A stretch of DNA of 56,185 nt, the filler included, from Sphacelaria rigidula (lineage: Eukaryota), in assembly GCA_964200075.2 (NCBI GenBank). It is 5 parts of 5 records of this genome, joined end to end, with 100 filler letters (N's around TTAATTAATTAA, not from the genome) between each part and the next. Parts side by side here need not be neighbours in the genome. Positions count along the whole stretch, not along the records: positions 22,515 to 33,671 come from CAXNAA020005312.1; positions 33,772 to 44,928 come from CAXNAA020005313.1; 3 more parts are not named here. The stretch is one strand, 5' to 3'. Below the pieces are notes generated by a model, which saw only the letters and a list, made by a program, of their open reading frames with translations, did no database searches and was not told the origin of the DNA. Shown piece after piece: positions 25,381 through 39,369 of the stretch. Both the position numbers and the translations under genes were made by a program. Each line of letters begins with the position of its first letter. Positions within the stretch are counted from its first letter, which is position 1.

Positions 25381-27099
25381 CTGCTATGTGCCCTGTAGTG
25401 AATCATGGGGGCCAAGGCGTGGCGTTCACTTCTTGTCCACAGTACATTATATGCCGGACTTTTCAGTTAATCGTCAGGCGAAGGGCCTTTGTACTCTTTT
25501 AGGGTGTTCATAAATATCCCAGTCTACCATTATTCTGGAAGCTGGGAGCTCCCCAGGAATACAACTGTTTTCGCAGATGAGGGTAGCCGACAGTAGAATG
25601 AAAGTGTACTGCGTATAGTATAGGATCGTCTACAAAAAATATACCGAAAGGTGCAGACTGGCGTCGAGTGTATTCTAGAAGGAATCACAACACTCATCAT
25701 ATATCGTAGGAAACACAAGAAAAGTTGCATTCGCATTCAGCCGACTCGGTTTCACTACAAGCATATTGATTGGTCGTTGCAATAGCGCTTCCCCCTCCCC
25801 CCCTTCCTGCCCCCCCCCTCTCCCCCCCGCCACCAAGAAAAATAGCAGCCGCTGTTTTTTGTTCATCATTTTGGATGCCTTCGGCCTACTCGGCATAGTG
25901 AAATTTCCAGTCCGTAGGTTGAAGTTGGCCCGCTCGGTTTTAGAGTGGACACCGAATTCGAATCTTACACAGTTCGGACGAATCATCGCCGGTTTGAGGT
26001 GAAGAATCGGAGCGAAGCGGGATCTGCAGATTGTGTATCAGTAGGAATCGGTTCATGGTGCAACGGATTACAGTAGTGTTACCACTCGGTAGGATGAGGA
26101 TGATTCTCGGAATTTTATGGCTTGTGGGCAGGTGATGGTGTTGTTCTCGCATGTTTTGTGGTGATCATAATTGTTCTTTCGCACAGGAGCCACAGTATCT
26201 GGAACCATACATGTAGCGGCACGTCACCTCCGCTCCTGATCGACAGACCCGGAGAAACTACACATGTGATCGACCTCGTAAGCACTTTACACAGAGGACA
26301 GTCCCGGACTCATTGCGCCGCCTCCACCGGGATCGAGAAAGCTGCGCAGCTACTTAAGTACGATATTTTTCTGTCCGTCTGTCTGTCTGCCTGTTTGTCT
26401 CTCCTTCATTCTCTCTTTTTTTCTCTCTCTCTCACACACATACGTACACACCGCCTATTAGACGTCGCGCTACTGGCAAATGTTTTGAACTGCCGTAACG
26501 TCATCAATAGCTGGCTGTATTTCGTGGAGTGGGGTGGGGTGATGCTCGTGATCCGTCGTGGCAGGGAAACGTTGTCGTCTCATGTTCGTTGATTTAGCTC
26601 CATGTAAGGCTATCACGGTGAATATCGTACAATTTCGTTGATCAAACTATTTGCGGTCGGCGCACGCATTTTCGCGGCACTGTATTGTTGTCTGTAGCAA
26701 CCGCAGGCAAGCTTAGCTCACGTCCACAACTGGCAGCTGCTCCCGTTTTGCATTATTCTAGTTCGAAGTACGTACTCCGTACCCGCGGTCGAAAGCCCTG
26801 TGTTGTGGAGCATTTCACGGAATGGTTTGCGCCAAACAAAATTTCACGTGTACCTGCCACACGATACGAAGAAAAGAACCTCGTGTGTGCACGGAGCAGC
26901 TGCAAAATCGCTACAGTAGTCGTGAAATTCGCCAATGTCGCCCGCTAGGCGCCCCATGCTGTATGGAAAAAGCAGGAGTGTGCCGCAACAACTTTTGGTG
27001 ACAATATTGGGGGCTGATGTAGGGGTCGCCTGTCGCTGAATTACTGTGTGTGTGTTGTCATCCAATATATTCCGGACGCCAGTCTGTACCTTCTGGTAT

Positions 27100-27520
27100 A
27101 TGTGGGTGCACAGGCGGGGGTAACACAGGAGGAAGGCCAACACAGGAATTCTTGTCCTTTTCAATGTGTTTGATTTTCGAGCAATGGTACGGTAGGGATG
27201 CACTTTTTTCGTGATATCTTGTCTGAGGCCCTCCCTTGCTGTGTTTTGGACCTGGTGACATGTCTCATGAATCGCACATACTTGGTCGCAGAGTATCGCA
27301 CACACCTTCGATCCAGCCCGGTGTATGCCTTTATATTTGGGGGAGGGAGGGGGGTTATTGTGGCAATACTCTAGTCTGCATCCGGTATACCTACCCAGAA
27401 ACATATGTGCACCCGTACCGTAGCATTACTCTCTCCACCTTCCTTCTGCGGCGCTTGCCTTACTTCTCTCACCGAGAGAGGGTTCAGCACTCCCTGTCCC
27501 TCATCGACCATGAATTCGTT
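27100..27520. repeat. Dispersed SINE-like repeat, interrupted; also at 37495-37730 and inverted at 46075-46260
   Basis: Shared ACACAGGAGGAAGGCCAACACAGGA...CACCTTCCTTCTGCG...GAGAG.GGTTCAGC. Confidence 0.75.
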
Positions 27521-27989
27521 TTTTTTTTCCTTCGTGACTCATGTAAGGTATATATATAATATTTCGACTTCAAATGGATTCAACTATTTTCGTTCGTTTT
27601 CCTCGTGAACTTCGGTAACTTCTTTAGCATCCATGATGTGATATTTGCAAAAAATAGCTCGTGAAGCCCGGAATTTTCATGTGTGCAAAGCCGGTCGACT
27701 GAAAGAAAACGGCCGTCGGGTCGTGCAGGGATTCCAAGCGAGGCATGCAATGCACGTGGACCAAGGTCACCGATAGTGTGGTAGTCGTGACCAAAAATGA
27801 TGAATCATTGTTCCTGTAACACCCGTACGTCCCTGAAGCACATACACTGGCCGTACAAAACATCCAGACACCAAATTGCAACGTACCAGCACAAATACGG
27901 TAGCATTTACCACTTGAAGTGTAAACGTCGAGAAACATCTTCGTGCATCGACAACAGGAGCTCCTATCGCAAAAATGATCATATGCACG

Positions 27990-28560
27990 CCTTAAAACAA
28001 AGCCGAGTCTCCGCTCAAAAACGTCTCGGTAATTCTACCGAACCGATGAAAATATCGCATCAGGGAAGTCCTATAAAAGCACCGGCCGCAGTGCCACATG
28101 TCCATTTTGCATCCCACGAGATTGTCTTTGGGGTGCCCGACTACGCTGTCCACGAGGCGATCCACCGTCTTGCCGTAGATTGCCTGGTCCTCGAGCTCAT
28201 TTACGAGAGTTACCATGGAAACAAAAGAATCACAGCCCATGATGTTCAGAGAACGCAACAATTTTCTTTTTTGGAATGATTCTGCTCATGGGAATTGAGA
28301 TTGACACCCGCCAACTCGTCACACATCCTGAGCCCGCCAAACAACGCTCGACACTGCGGGCCGTGATTTGTTTCGTGAGGTCCGTCGGGGGATGGGCACA
28401 GTCCGGCAAACTTTCGGTTGTTGAAGGGAAGGCCGTAGCCTTCGACTGATCCCTCTTCACTCGCTCTTTCTCCAGAATTGAAGCCGGATAGTCCAATCTG
28501 CAAGCACTGGACAGCGTGGACGGGGATCCCAAACCCTGCCCCACCACGTAGAATACGCAC
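27990..28560 (-). pseudogene. Putative DDE (MULE-like, DxxH) transposase relic
   Basis: Frameshifted ORFs contain PFNNRKFAGLCPS, QNHSKK, FVSMVTLVNE and KMDMWH. The pattern recalls DUF6729-associated transposase-like proteins, recognised from memory only. Confidence 0.3.
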
Positions 28561-29519
28561 TGCGGAAGTAATGACAACGACAATTTTCAGCAAGAGAAGA
28601 AAAATCAAAGATGTAACGGAGAGGGTGCTTCCGAGAAGGAGGATAATACCTCATGTACATCGTGACAGAACAAGAATAGCATGTCCTACGGGAACAGGGG
28701 AGGGGCGCGAACAAATCTTTTCAACTTCGAATTAGCGAAAAAGAGGCGACAGCGGCAATAAATGTCCGCCCCTGCTTCATCCTTCATGCGATCACGGGCG
28801 GGTTGTAGTTTGGCAGCGATGAAGTCCACCTTGGCCTGCAGAAAAAGAACGCACCGAGATTGTTGTAGATGAGCGACACACGGGACAAAAATCCATCCTC
28901 GATTCGTAAAATCCCGTGTCAGGCCACGGTGGAGATGATAAAAAAATGGCATTTCTTCCCCTAATTTTTTAGTACCCAACCGCTTGTTATTGAAAATGAA
29001 GTTCGGTCAAGGGAAAAACTGTCACCTCCGGGAACGAAAATATGCCCTGGAACGGGTTCAATCAGTGAAGCAAGTCATTGCAAGGTGTCAACATCAGTCT
29101 AACCCTCTTTTCGGGCGTGAAACGACAGAGAAGGGCGAAAAAGGCAGTTTCAAACAAGATCATTTTTCGAGATATGGAAAAGGTCCTTGGATTTTTGTGA
29201 GATGTTCCGCCTTCGTGGAAGCCTCTACTACTGGGTAGACCACGGGGTGCACCGCCTTTCACGAAAACAAGTGGCATGTGCGGCCCAACGGAAAGGGCTT
29301 TGACCTGAAATTTTGTACGTTTGCTCCCGACGTCAATGCGCGGGAAATGAGTGCGGTTGTCGAAAAAATCGATATACGTACAGTAGCCCCACTTGTGACA
29401 TATTCAGAATGTTGGTCACAATGTTGAACGGGTTCTGCTCTGTCCTTTTTTGTTTTTCTGTCGGATACCACTGCATGTTTTGATTGTTGATTATCTCAAA
29501 CACTTCCGAACCTCCATCT

Positions 29520-30345
29520 TTTCGCACTCGAATACTGCCTACCTGTGCCTCACCCTTTTCCATTACTTCATGAATGTGTGTATCCCAAGAACACTTATTT
29601 TGGATCTCTACACCAAGGTATGTATACTGTCCTACGATCGGCAGTTGCTCTTCTCCCCACTTCAATTTGAACTCCACCGGATTTTTCTCATCTTCGTCAC
29701 TGACGCGTACCTCGCATTTTCTAATGTTCGCTGTCACTTTCCATTTCCTAGTGTGTTCTAGCGCCTTCTGTATTTGTTTCTGCAATCCTTCTGGTGTTCC
29801 TGATACCCTCACGAGGTCATCCGCGAACATCAATCCTGATACCATATCTACACCCACCTTGACTCGTTGCTTTACTGCTTCTATTGCTATCATCTGGTCA
29901 TGAATAAGTACCTTGAATAAATAGAGTGATAACGTACATCGTTGTGCAACTCCTGTAAAATATCAAAGTATTTCGATATTTCCCCGTTTGGCACCATTGC
30001 ACTTTTGGCACGTTCTGTCATGTTCACCATTCTCCGCAACTTTCCTCTGATCCCAGGTTTCCCACAACTTTTTCACAGCCCATTTCTCCATACTGTGGCA
30101 TAGCCTTTTGTACGCCCAGAAAGAAAAAGCTCGGTGTCTTTCCTACCTTGAATAATATTACCTGGTGTGTACACATAGTATACGCAACTACGGTTTGGTC
30201 TGAAACCTGCTTGCCCCTCGCTGTTTTTTTCTTCCTTCTCTAGCATCGTTCCGACTCTATCGTTCAGAACCTTATGGAATGTTTTCCTTACCGTGCTCAG
30301 TAGCGTCATCGTTCTATAATTCCCTCGGTCAGCCTCGTCCCCCTC
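29520..30345 (-). mobile_element. LINE (non-LTR) reverse transcriptase fragment, pseudogenised
   Basis: Motifs RGNYRTMTLLS, QAGFRPNRSC, LMFADDLV and YTYLGV, with frameshifts. Confidence 0.9.
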
Positions 30346-32624
30346 CTTTTTTAAAAAGGTTGGCCACTATACCATGGGTGGGGTCACACTGAGAAGATTA
30401 CTGGCAGGAAATTGTTCCCTTGGGATCGCAGGCGTTACACAGACCCCTCACTTGTACGCGTGCTCGTGGATCGGTATTTCCCAAATTGTAGCCATTACAG
30501 CGTGAGAGACAACTGAACGCGACTCACCAGCTAGTGGTTCACAATTTCAACAACATATTTCGCGTCCTCGCCCTTCGCCCTCCGCCCTCCACAAAAACAT
30601 GTGCGCGATCTGACTCCCGTCCGACGTGTAAAACCCTTTGGCATCCGATGTCGCTGCAGACCCGCGTTCCAAAACTTGATTCGAACACCCTTCGCTGCCT
30701 CCGGTACATGAGATTAAACGTGATTGGAGTTGCTTGAAGAGATGCACGAGCATTGCCTCGGTTGTGTAACTGGAAACAAGTACGCCAGAGCAGTGACGTG
30801 CGCTTAGAGACAATGTCAGGTACAAGCAGAGAGATCAAAGCATCGCGAAGATTAACTACAGTCGAGCAAAGACGATCATGTTGGAGCATTTACTCGCAAT
30901 TGAAAATTCAAGTCAAAAGAGTCGGAGTCCTTGGATCAACGGGTAACGACACGCCTGTGCCCCCCCAAATGAAACGGTCAGCGACACAGCATCGACTGCC
31001 GAGGAGCATAAAAAAAAAAAGACAAGAAAAACGTGGTGAACATATTTATTCGAGGCGATCCCGAACCGATGTTTCACGTGTAGCGTTTCACACGACGTTT
31101 TAGGGTTTTCAGATGCAAACGCAACTAAACACTTACTGTGGGCTAATTTTGTGGGTGAAGATGACGAATCCTGCACTTATTTTTCTTTCTGTCGTTCCAG
31201 TTAATGTGATATAGATATGTCGCCAACGACGGCAATTTTCGCAATAAAAAATCAGGTCGAACCCAGACGGTCATGTTGAAGCTTTTATCGCAGAGAAACT
31301 TTCAAGTCAAACCAAGCTGTTTTTTTGCCCCAACAACGTCCTACATTTTACTGCACCCCCTTCGCCCCTGCCTCCCCAAATCGGCGAAACGGCATCGAGT
31401 GGCAACGAGCACAAAAAGTACGAAAATTTAACAGAGCGTACTGCCGGAGGATGAGCGCTATAGCCCGCGTGTTCAGTGTCGGCCGAAAAAAAACGGTCGA
31501 AGGCATTCCGTCCAGTTCCTCGGCAATAAGCCCGCCTCCTCCTCGGAGAACAGAGTTTCCGTTATCGCCGTAGTTTCCCGCCAGAACGGTATGATTTTCC
31601 GCCAGTACAGCATGGAATTCACTCAACTACACACCATGACTGCTACCCATGCTCAACCTCTCTCGGGTACAAGCCCACAATTTCGCTGTGGTGTGATGAT
31701 GCAACCTTGGCATAGACTCTCGAGCTGTGTCGAACTGTGTCGGTCTGCCCTCGGGCTACATCGCCCGCATGGCAATTGTAGCAGCGGGAGGTGTGCTGCG
31801 CAACTACTACTGACTGTAGCACTCGGAAGCGTGCACATGTAGCCAGACTACTGTCTGTATGTATCAAGTGAGGTCTTCTTCTCCAAGCTGGTACACTGCA
31901 GCGACTTGGCACGTCGAGGCGGAGCAGAAATACTGCATAATGCCCGTGTGTGTGTGTTTGTGCTTGAGGGTGCGTGTGTGTCATTGACTGAGCGTGTGTG
32001 CGTCGGGTGTGTGTGCTGTGTGCTCGCTCTTGCTGAGAAGCGGCGCAATTGTTCCGGGACTGTCACGAACGAGGTGACAACTGTTGGTGACGAACGGATG
32101 TCGCGAGAGGTGTTGTTCCAATCATCAGGTTCATGTGCGAAAATAACAGTTATTATGATCTTCAGCACCTGCACACACCGTAACTTTTCGAGAACTATCC
32201 TCATCCTACCAAGTGGTGAACACACCTCGCGGATTAAGCTGCCGGATTACAGCGAAGCAGGGATCGGATTCAGCGTAGTCGGAAAAATGAGTGGTATCAT
32301 ATAAGAAGGGGAATAAGGAAGCCAGGCGCACGAGGACGTAGTAAAACAATACAGTCGGCATTTATTCAGCAACATCGTCATCAAGCAGCGCAGCAGGTAG
32401 ACCTCTACTTATTATGCTACTATATGGACGGTTTTACAAAATAGCGACCCAACATTATTTTCAAGATGAACGAATTCTTTAAAAACCGTGGTAGCAGAAT
32501 AAGTAGAGGCCTAGCAGCAGGCGATTTCGATTTTTAGTTCAGGATTAGTAGCACTTCGCACCGTTTCCTTGCATATGCTTGCCGAGGAAAATTTAACAAA
32601 ATTATTCCAGATTCACAAGAGGAG

Positions 32625-32840
32625 AAAATCACGAAATCCACGATTTTTCAGGCTTGATTGCTGAGAAAATAGAAGGAAAGTTGAACGCTGGTCGACAAAG
32701 TCTCTACGCGATTTTTGTGCCATTTCACGTGCCTGGGTTGCGCGTACCTAGGTTGAAACGCTGAAAACAAAGCCTAAGGATTGAAGGGGAGTAATTTCCA
32801 GACGAATCATTAATTCGTTCGACCCTTGAAATCTTGAACA
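32625..32840 (+). repeat. Dispersed repeat, also at about 55190-55430
   Basis: Shared AACGCTGAAAACAAAGCCT..GGATTGA...GTAATTTCCAGAC.AATCATTA...CGACCCTTG. Confidence 0.7.
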
Positions 32841-33671
32841 GGGCTGCGTGTAGAAGATACCTCTTTGCAGTGACATATCACAGACTGATGCTACACATGC
32901 ATGAAGACCCAGCGCGAGCAGGGACAAGGTGGGAACGGTCCGGAAGGACCAGATTACCGAGGGCCCTGTCATGCCGACGTAACTAGACTACTCGGGGCGA
33001 TGCCAGGAAGAGCCTAATATTGGACGGTCCAACATCCCCCGAGGTCCTGGTCGCCTCTGGCGACCACTCCTAGTCTGGTCCCACTTCTTGTTTACATATA
33101 CAAGAGGAAATCATCGCCAGCTAGGTTAAGTAGGTTTGGGTTAGGTCAGGTCTCTGACCACTCTAGCGATACGCCTTCCTCACATGCGCTCTTATTAGTC
33201 TGCGCAGAAAGTGGGGTTGATTTGAGGTCTGGCAGCGCACACTCTGCCTTGGTAATTTGTACCCTCTTGCCCAAGCGCTCATGATATGTCTCGGGTGCGG
33301 CGAGGGTCAAGGATTAAGCCGCGTCTTTGAGACTAGAGAAAAAAAAAGCGAGAAGAGGAACCAAGGAAAAAGAGGCACGTACATCAGTCGCCACGATACC
33401 CCCCACCCCCCCCACTGCCCCGCGGGAGAAAAAATAAGCCGTGGCGTTATTTTTGGTGGCAGCGTTTTTCTCAAGCAATTATCAAGCATCTTCGAAATTT
33501 TCAGTCTGTTCGCCAGGACTCTTTTGGACTGTTTGTCATGAAGGGCAACATGAACCAGCGGTGCAATGACCCTTGCTGTGTTACACACCTGTCACGCCGT
33601 CTTTTAACCCTTAGACCGCGAGGTTTGTCTTTCTGGACTATGCATGCTTTTTTTCACTTGAAATTGATGCC

Positions 33672-33771
33672 NNNNNNNNNNNNNNNNNNNNNNNNNNNNN
33701 NNNNNNNNNNNNNNNTTAATTAATTAANNNNNNNNNNNNNNNNNNNNNNNNNNNNNNNNNNNNNNNNNNNN
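33672..33771. other. Artificial contig spacer
   Basis: N44-TTAATTAATTAA-N44. Confidence 0.98.
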
Positions 33772-34499
33772 TTTTTGGTTTGTTTTGTTCTGTTTTTATT
33801 ATGGATGTGTTTTTTTTTTTTCAGTTTGTTTCGTTTGATGTATATTTTTGTGTCTTCCGCTTGCCATTCCTTTTCTTGACCAAGCGCTTTCGCTTTGTTC
33901 ACCTTTGGAGCGTCTTTCTTGTGACCACAGTTGCGTCCCTCGAAAATCGGTTCATGTGCGACGATCAATCAAGTCAAATGTTCTGAATATTGTGCTAGAT
34001 GTTGCAGATATAGCATGTTTCGTTATCGAGTGTAATATTTTCCCGTTCAAGCAGGATCAACTTCTATCTGGATTTGCGGTGAGTCAATACCGAAACACCA
34101 GTTGTTCAATTACTAATAGCGTCACGCGCGGAAGTACGCCCATCACAAGAAACATTGGTGGGAGGGTAGATCATCTGTCGATGCGTACAGATGTCCAGGG
34201 CGTCGCGGCAGATCCCGTAGTATTCCTCGTGTTACTCGTTTCGGGGTCTGGTGGCATGCGAAGGAGTATAAGCTGATACCTCCCACATGTCAATCAGTCT
34301 CTGTTGTGCTCGAGTGCGTTTCGTGCCGTGCACATATAAAGTATCTTTTTGAACCAGAGTTATTACCAATACCTGTATTGTAGCGTCTATCCCGTGAGTC
34401 ACGAAATGTCCTTGGACCGGAGCACGAGATTGTGGGGGTATATATAGGGTAGTCGAAGGACGCGTGTGCGTTGGTGATTTTGAGAAGACGACCACGTGT

Positions 34500-34790
34500 T
34501 TCTGTAGACGTGATCGATCGTTCGAGTGACTTGACGCGTCATAATGTGGCCATGGTGTGTTGTTCGTTCGTTGCTCACTCTGTGTACGTCTTGTGCAGTG
34601 GTGTGCGTGTTTTATGTCGACAGATGTCATCGTTCGAGTGGCGCGGAGCATTCTTTGGTTATGATGTGTCGTTCGCTCATGTTCCACTCTGTGTACGTGT
34701 TGTGCAGTGGCGTACGTATTTTGGTTGTATGTACGTCACCGTTCGAGCGGCGTGAGGTGTTCTGTGTGTATGATATGTTGTTCATTTTCG
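34500..34790. repeat. Degenerate tandem repeat, unit about 110 bp, 2-3 copies
   Basis: CACTCTGTGTACGT.TTGTGCAGTGG at about 34577 and 34685. CGTTCGAG at about 34519, 34631 and 34740. Confidence 0.7.
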
Positions 34791-36452
34791 TGCCAGACTG
34801 GGGGACAATTCAGTCAGTTGGTCAGTTTGTTCAGTTTGGGTACTCAAAAGTTGAATTTTGAAGAACCGCGGGAGTCGGTATCTTGATCGATGCATGTGCT
34901 TGTCTCGTCCCTTGATCGCGTAGTTCCGTCAGCCGTCGATTTCAGTTTCGTGGAATACTGTAGTACTAGCTACCCTTGTCGTATGTACAAAGGTCGCAAG
35001 AAATCGAGGCCGTCATCAATATGCGCTGTATTATAAATGCCTTTTTTCTGGCTCTGCAGCTGCTGCCGCCGCAGCAGCTGTAGCCCCCCCGACAGGACGA
35101 GGGTGGAGTATGAGAGTAGTGAAACGACCCAGTCCGCTCCTAGGTGGTTCGTCTTTTGTGAATGAGGCTGCAGTAGCAATTGTACGGTTGAGTAGCGCCA
35201 CGCGAACTGCAGATGTATCTGACGGGCGCAGATGGGGGTTGGGCCAGTGTTATTTCAGAGACAGCAAAATAGCCGTCCCCGGGGGTGGGTATCCATGCTT
35301 TTGACAGATCGCAAACGAACAGTGGCGCCCCTGACTATCCCAAGGGTACATGGTCAGGGTGTGGATACATTGATGACACATTTCATCATGCGTTTTGAAG
35401 TATCATGTAGTCCACCCGCAAATTGCTGATACGTCAAATAGCACCTCACCGGCGAGGGTGTTTGACGAGGAGATGCTTATCGCATCGTCGGGGAGGGGGG
35501 GGATGGCGGCCTCAAAGCAGCAAGTAGGGTTACTACGTTCTAGTGATCACTCGCGTTTTCATGGGCATCACCATTCCGTCAAGGTATTTCAAGGTTTTCA
35601 GGTGGCTTTGGCAAACCTCTTGTTTTCCCAGGACACCAGTCAAGCGTGGCTTATGATTCTTGCGATAAGTTGTCTTGTGATTCAACTCGACTTTGTTGAG
35701 GAGCAGTTATCAGAATATAACGCTGTGTTGAAAAATGGAAGTTGCATACAGAGAACAGGACTGTCACTCACAATCACGTCCGGTCCAGTGGAGACTTGGA
35801 TCAACCGATGACACGACAGAAGCCTGAGGAGAAGAGGCCCAGAAGCTTGCTGTGTAGCGCTTACTAATTTATATCGTACATGTTGGTCGCTAATGGTGGA
35901 GATGGGTCGAATTGACCGATGACGGGGTGGGGTGACGTGACGATTCGTCAAAGCCATAATTCCGCACAGCAAATATCAAGACATGCACCATCACTGGTAG
36001 CGAACCACATAGAGCTCTAATACGCCGACCAGAACGATTATCCATGAACCATAAGCACGTTTACATAACTTTAATGAACCTTCCCGACCGTCCCAACTAC
36101 TTGTACAATATTTTGATGCGCCACCCTCAAGTCACAACGTCGACAACATCCACAATCATAGCCAAGGCATCGTTCGTCAATCCGATGGTATCCTCAACCC
36201 CACGACCGGAATACTGAGGGCAGGTGGTCATCTGATTGATTGATGAGTGTTTGATTGTCGCACTTTAACTGACCCCCCAGGGGTCCAGCCGTGGTCTCAT
36301 GATAAAAGTACCCAAGAGACACGAAACTGAAATCTACCCTGTGAAAGCAGCTCAAAACCCCATATCATCCATATAGATATGCCAGTCTTCGTTCATATCC
36401 TGTAAGATCGAGATGCTACATCGAACCACTTCGTACACATTCTCATCCCACC

Positions 36453-36825
36453 TGTTACCAAAGGGTACGGCACACGCGACCATTTGGTTATCCCCCGAAA
36501 TGTCTCCGGAGGGATGCGCGGCCCTCCAGAGGCAAAACAAGCCCCGGAGGCCTTCAATCCCTTTGGAGGAAACCAAACACTACCGACCTGGAGGGCCGCG
36601 CACCCCTTCGGAGGAATTTGGGGGTATGGGTGGCCCTCCAGAGGCAAAAACAAGCCTCCGGAGGCGTTCAATTCCTCTGAAGGAAACCAAAACAATTCCT
36701 CTGGAGGGCCGCGCATCCCTCCGAAGGCGTTTAATTCCTCTGGAGACTCGCAAATTTTACCCACCTGGAAGAATATTGGGGGTAGCCAAATGGCCGCGTG
36801 CGGGTATTTAACTTTTGGCGTCACA
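36453..36825. mobile_element. Foldback element with TGT...ACA ends and internal inverted and tandem repeats
   Basis: CACGCGACCATTTGGTTATCCCC pairs with GGGGGTAGCCAAATGGCCGCGTG. Internal GCGCGGCCCTCCAGAGG / CCTGGAGGGCCGCGC hairpins occur twice. Confidence 0.65.
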
Positions 36826-39369
36826 ACCATATCACATTAAACAACCTTTTCGCCGGATTGAGCGTGGGCTTTTCGGCACATCTTTACAAACAAAAGAAGT
36901 GAAAATGATGTCGGTTCCACAAACGGACGTATAACGCCGGAGGTATCCATTTATTGAATCGGCGACATTTTCACTTGAAACGTTACCACATGATGCAGAT
37001 TTCCAACCCTGGCGGTCAAAGGGTTAACATTGGGAAGAGGTAGTCGTCGGATGTACGATTCAAAATCAAACAAACACCAGCAAACCATTCTATGAAATCG
37101 CGGTGGGTAAATACACGCTCGTCAACGTGTGAATCGGGGAGACATTGTTGGAATGCATGCCAGCATGTGCGATGTTGTATAATCGGAACCTGCTGAATGT
37201 GCAACGGCGCGTTAACGAGCGGAATCTTCCAATGCCTGATATCGCCATTCCCCTGTTGTAAATGTTTGTTCAGCAACACGTATGATTGCGTAGCAATACT
37301 CGTCTAACGAATCCAAAGTTAAAAGTTCTCTACAATGCCACTTGTATTAAACCCTTTGGCCTCTAGGTCAGGTGATATGTTGTATCGGCATCACTTACAC
37401 CTGACATGCTGGCATGTTATATATTGTTCCATCCACTAGCGTGTGTGTTGTCATCCCATCTATTCTGTACGCCACTCTACACCATTCGATGCATATTTAT
37501 GTGGGCGCATCGGCGGGGATCACACAGGAGGAAGGCCAACACAGGAATGTTTTTCTTCTTTTCTTGTTTAATACTTCACCTTCCTTCTGCGATGCTTGCT
37601 GTGCTTTTTTTCGCGAGAGGGGTTCAGCGGTCCCCTTCCCTCGTCGGCCGTAAAGTCGAATTTTGTCCACCCACGACATGGTCGCTCTCCACAGTTGGGC
37701 GTGGTATGAGAAAAATTCTTGATCGTGATTTATGAAACACATAAACACAGCGTCTTCCTATGAAAGGTCCACACGCAATCAAGTTTTAGATACTCGATCT
37801 GGCGAAAAGGCTATTTTTGCCCACACTGGTATGGAGAAACTGCAGTTTTTTCCCAGAACAAACAGGGGTGCTTCATGTCACACCCCACTCCCCTCACCAC
37901 GAAAAGCTGTAGACTAACGTGAAAAGTCAGGCGACAGTCTATGCAAAAGGGGAACAAGGTCCAGGCCTCACAAGCCAAAAGGCGCAAACGAAACCACAGC
38001 AGACATAGTACAGGCGTTCCCAAGTGCAATCGGTTATCGTAGACATGCCACGAAAGATGCAGGCATTTCATCGAAAACTCTCGTCGTGTGCTCACGACTG
38101 TAGCATGGTGAAGAAAATCGCTCGACTAGAAGTTTCACGAATATTCAGTTTCTGATAGAAACGAGCAGTAGGTGGTCCTCCAAGGCATTAAAACCACGAC
38201 GGCAGCAGTCAGATCATACATGCGAACCCTCGGCTCCGTCCACTTGCACAAAAAAACAAAGCATGGTCGACTCGTGCTCGGGAAAACATGGCATATTCTC
38301 GGGAGTACAGTGCGTTGAAAAGACACAATTCGATAGCAAAAAGCTACCTCACACTTCAACCTTCGGCACATAAATGCTTTATATAGTGCTAACATGCTGA
38401 CAAGTGCGCTTGGTTGACGATCCAATCGTGCAGCAATTTGTGCCACACCAGCCAACGAGCTACGGGACGTTCGGTCGTAAATGTCGGGAGAAACGCAACT
38501 TGAATACACACAACCGTCAGAGATAAATCCGTAACGGATATCCCCCAACACGTTCCGGAACCGTCACAACGACTCAAAGGGAAGGAACCAACGCGGTCCG
38601 CTCCCTCGGTTGTTGCACGTTCGGATGAAAGCGGGAGGGTATGCGCACAAACTGGTGAAAAACAAAACCAGCCGGGGAAACGCTCACGTCACCCGCCATA
38701 GTCAACTCCAAGAAAAACGAACGCACCATCGCATCAATTCCAGAGGCGGGTGACTGAATGCACAAGCTGCTGCAGTGAATGTTCACGTAATATCAAGTGG
38801 TGGACCATGGACTGTAGGCTCAACCAACTGTCGAACCATAAGAGCGGTCGGCTTCAAGTAGGGTGGGTTGCCCAATCATGGTACTGAGTGGAAGTAGCAG
38901 ATTACGAAATGTTTTCGATAAAAAAAATGCACTACAACTTCAACGACATAACTTATTTATCAAGCACCCAACATACGACTGCGGCCAGTGGTGGCCGTGG
39001 TCGCAATCCGACAATCGTCAAAGCGACGGTGTACGCCTCAACAGCGATTCCAATTAGTGGAATCGGTGGCTGAATGGAATCGGTGGCGCGCGTACGCCAC
39101 GTTTATACTAAAGTCAAAGAATCCAAGACCCAAGGACCAGGAACTTTCCAAGTCAGGCCGTGCGATTCTCCAACATGGAACAACAGGTGGGAAAAGGGGT
39201 CTACTGTACAGCACATGCGCGTGTCCACCCGTAATGCAAATACAAACAATGCGGTCCCAAACACGACATAGGACGGCGCATGGCAAGTCATACACAGAGA
39301 ACACCACGCAAAGGGGCACGAAGGGGAAACGAAAAATAAAAGTATTAATAGCATCATGGCTCTTCTGCT

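Noticed and set aside
32030..32168. Possible minus-strand exon after gtgtgcag
   Set aside because: No partner exon or recognisable protein was found.
33120..33150. Telomere-like GGTTAG repeats
   Set aside because: Too short and degenerate to call an interstitial telomere.
33990..34290. RING-like or viral-looking fragment (GICRDALDICTH) on the minus strand
   Set aside because: It is short, interrupted by stops and has an incomplete ligand pattern, so it cannot be supported.
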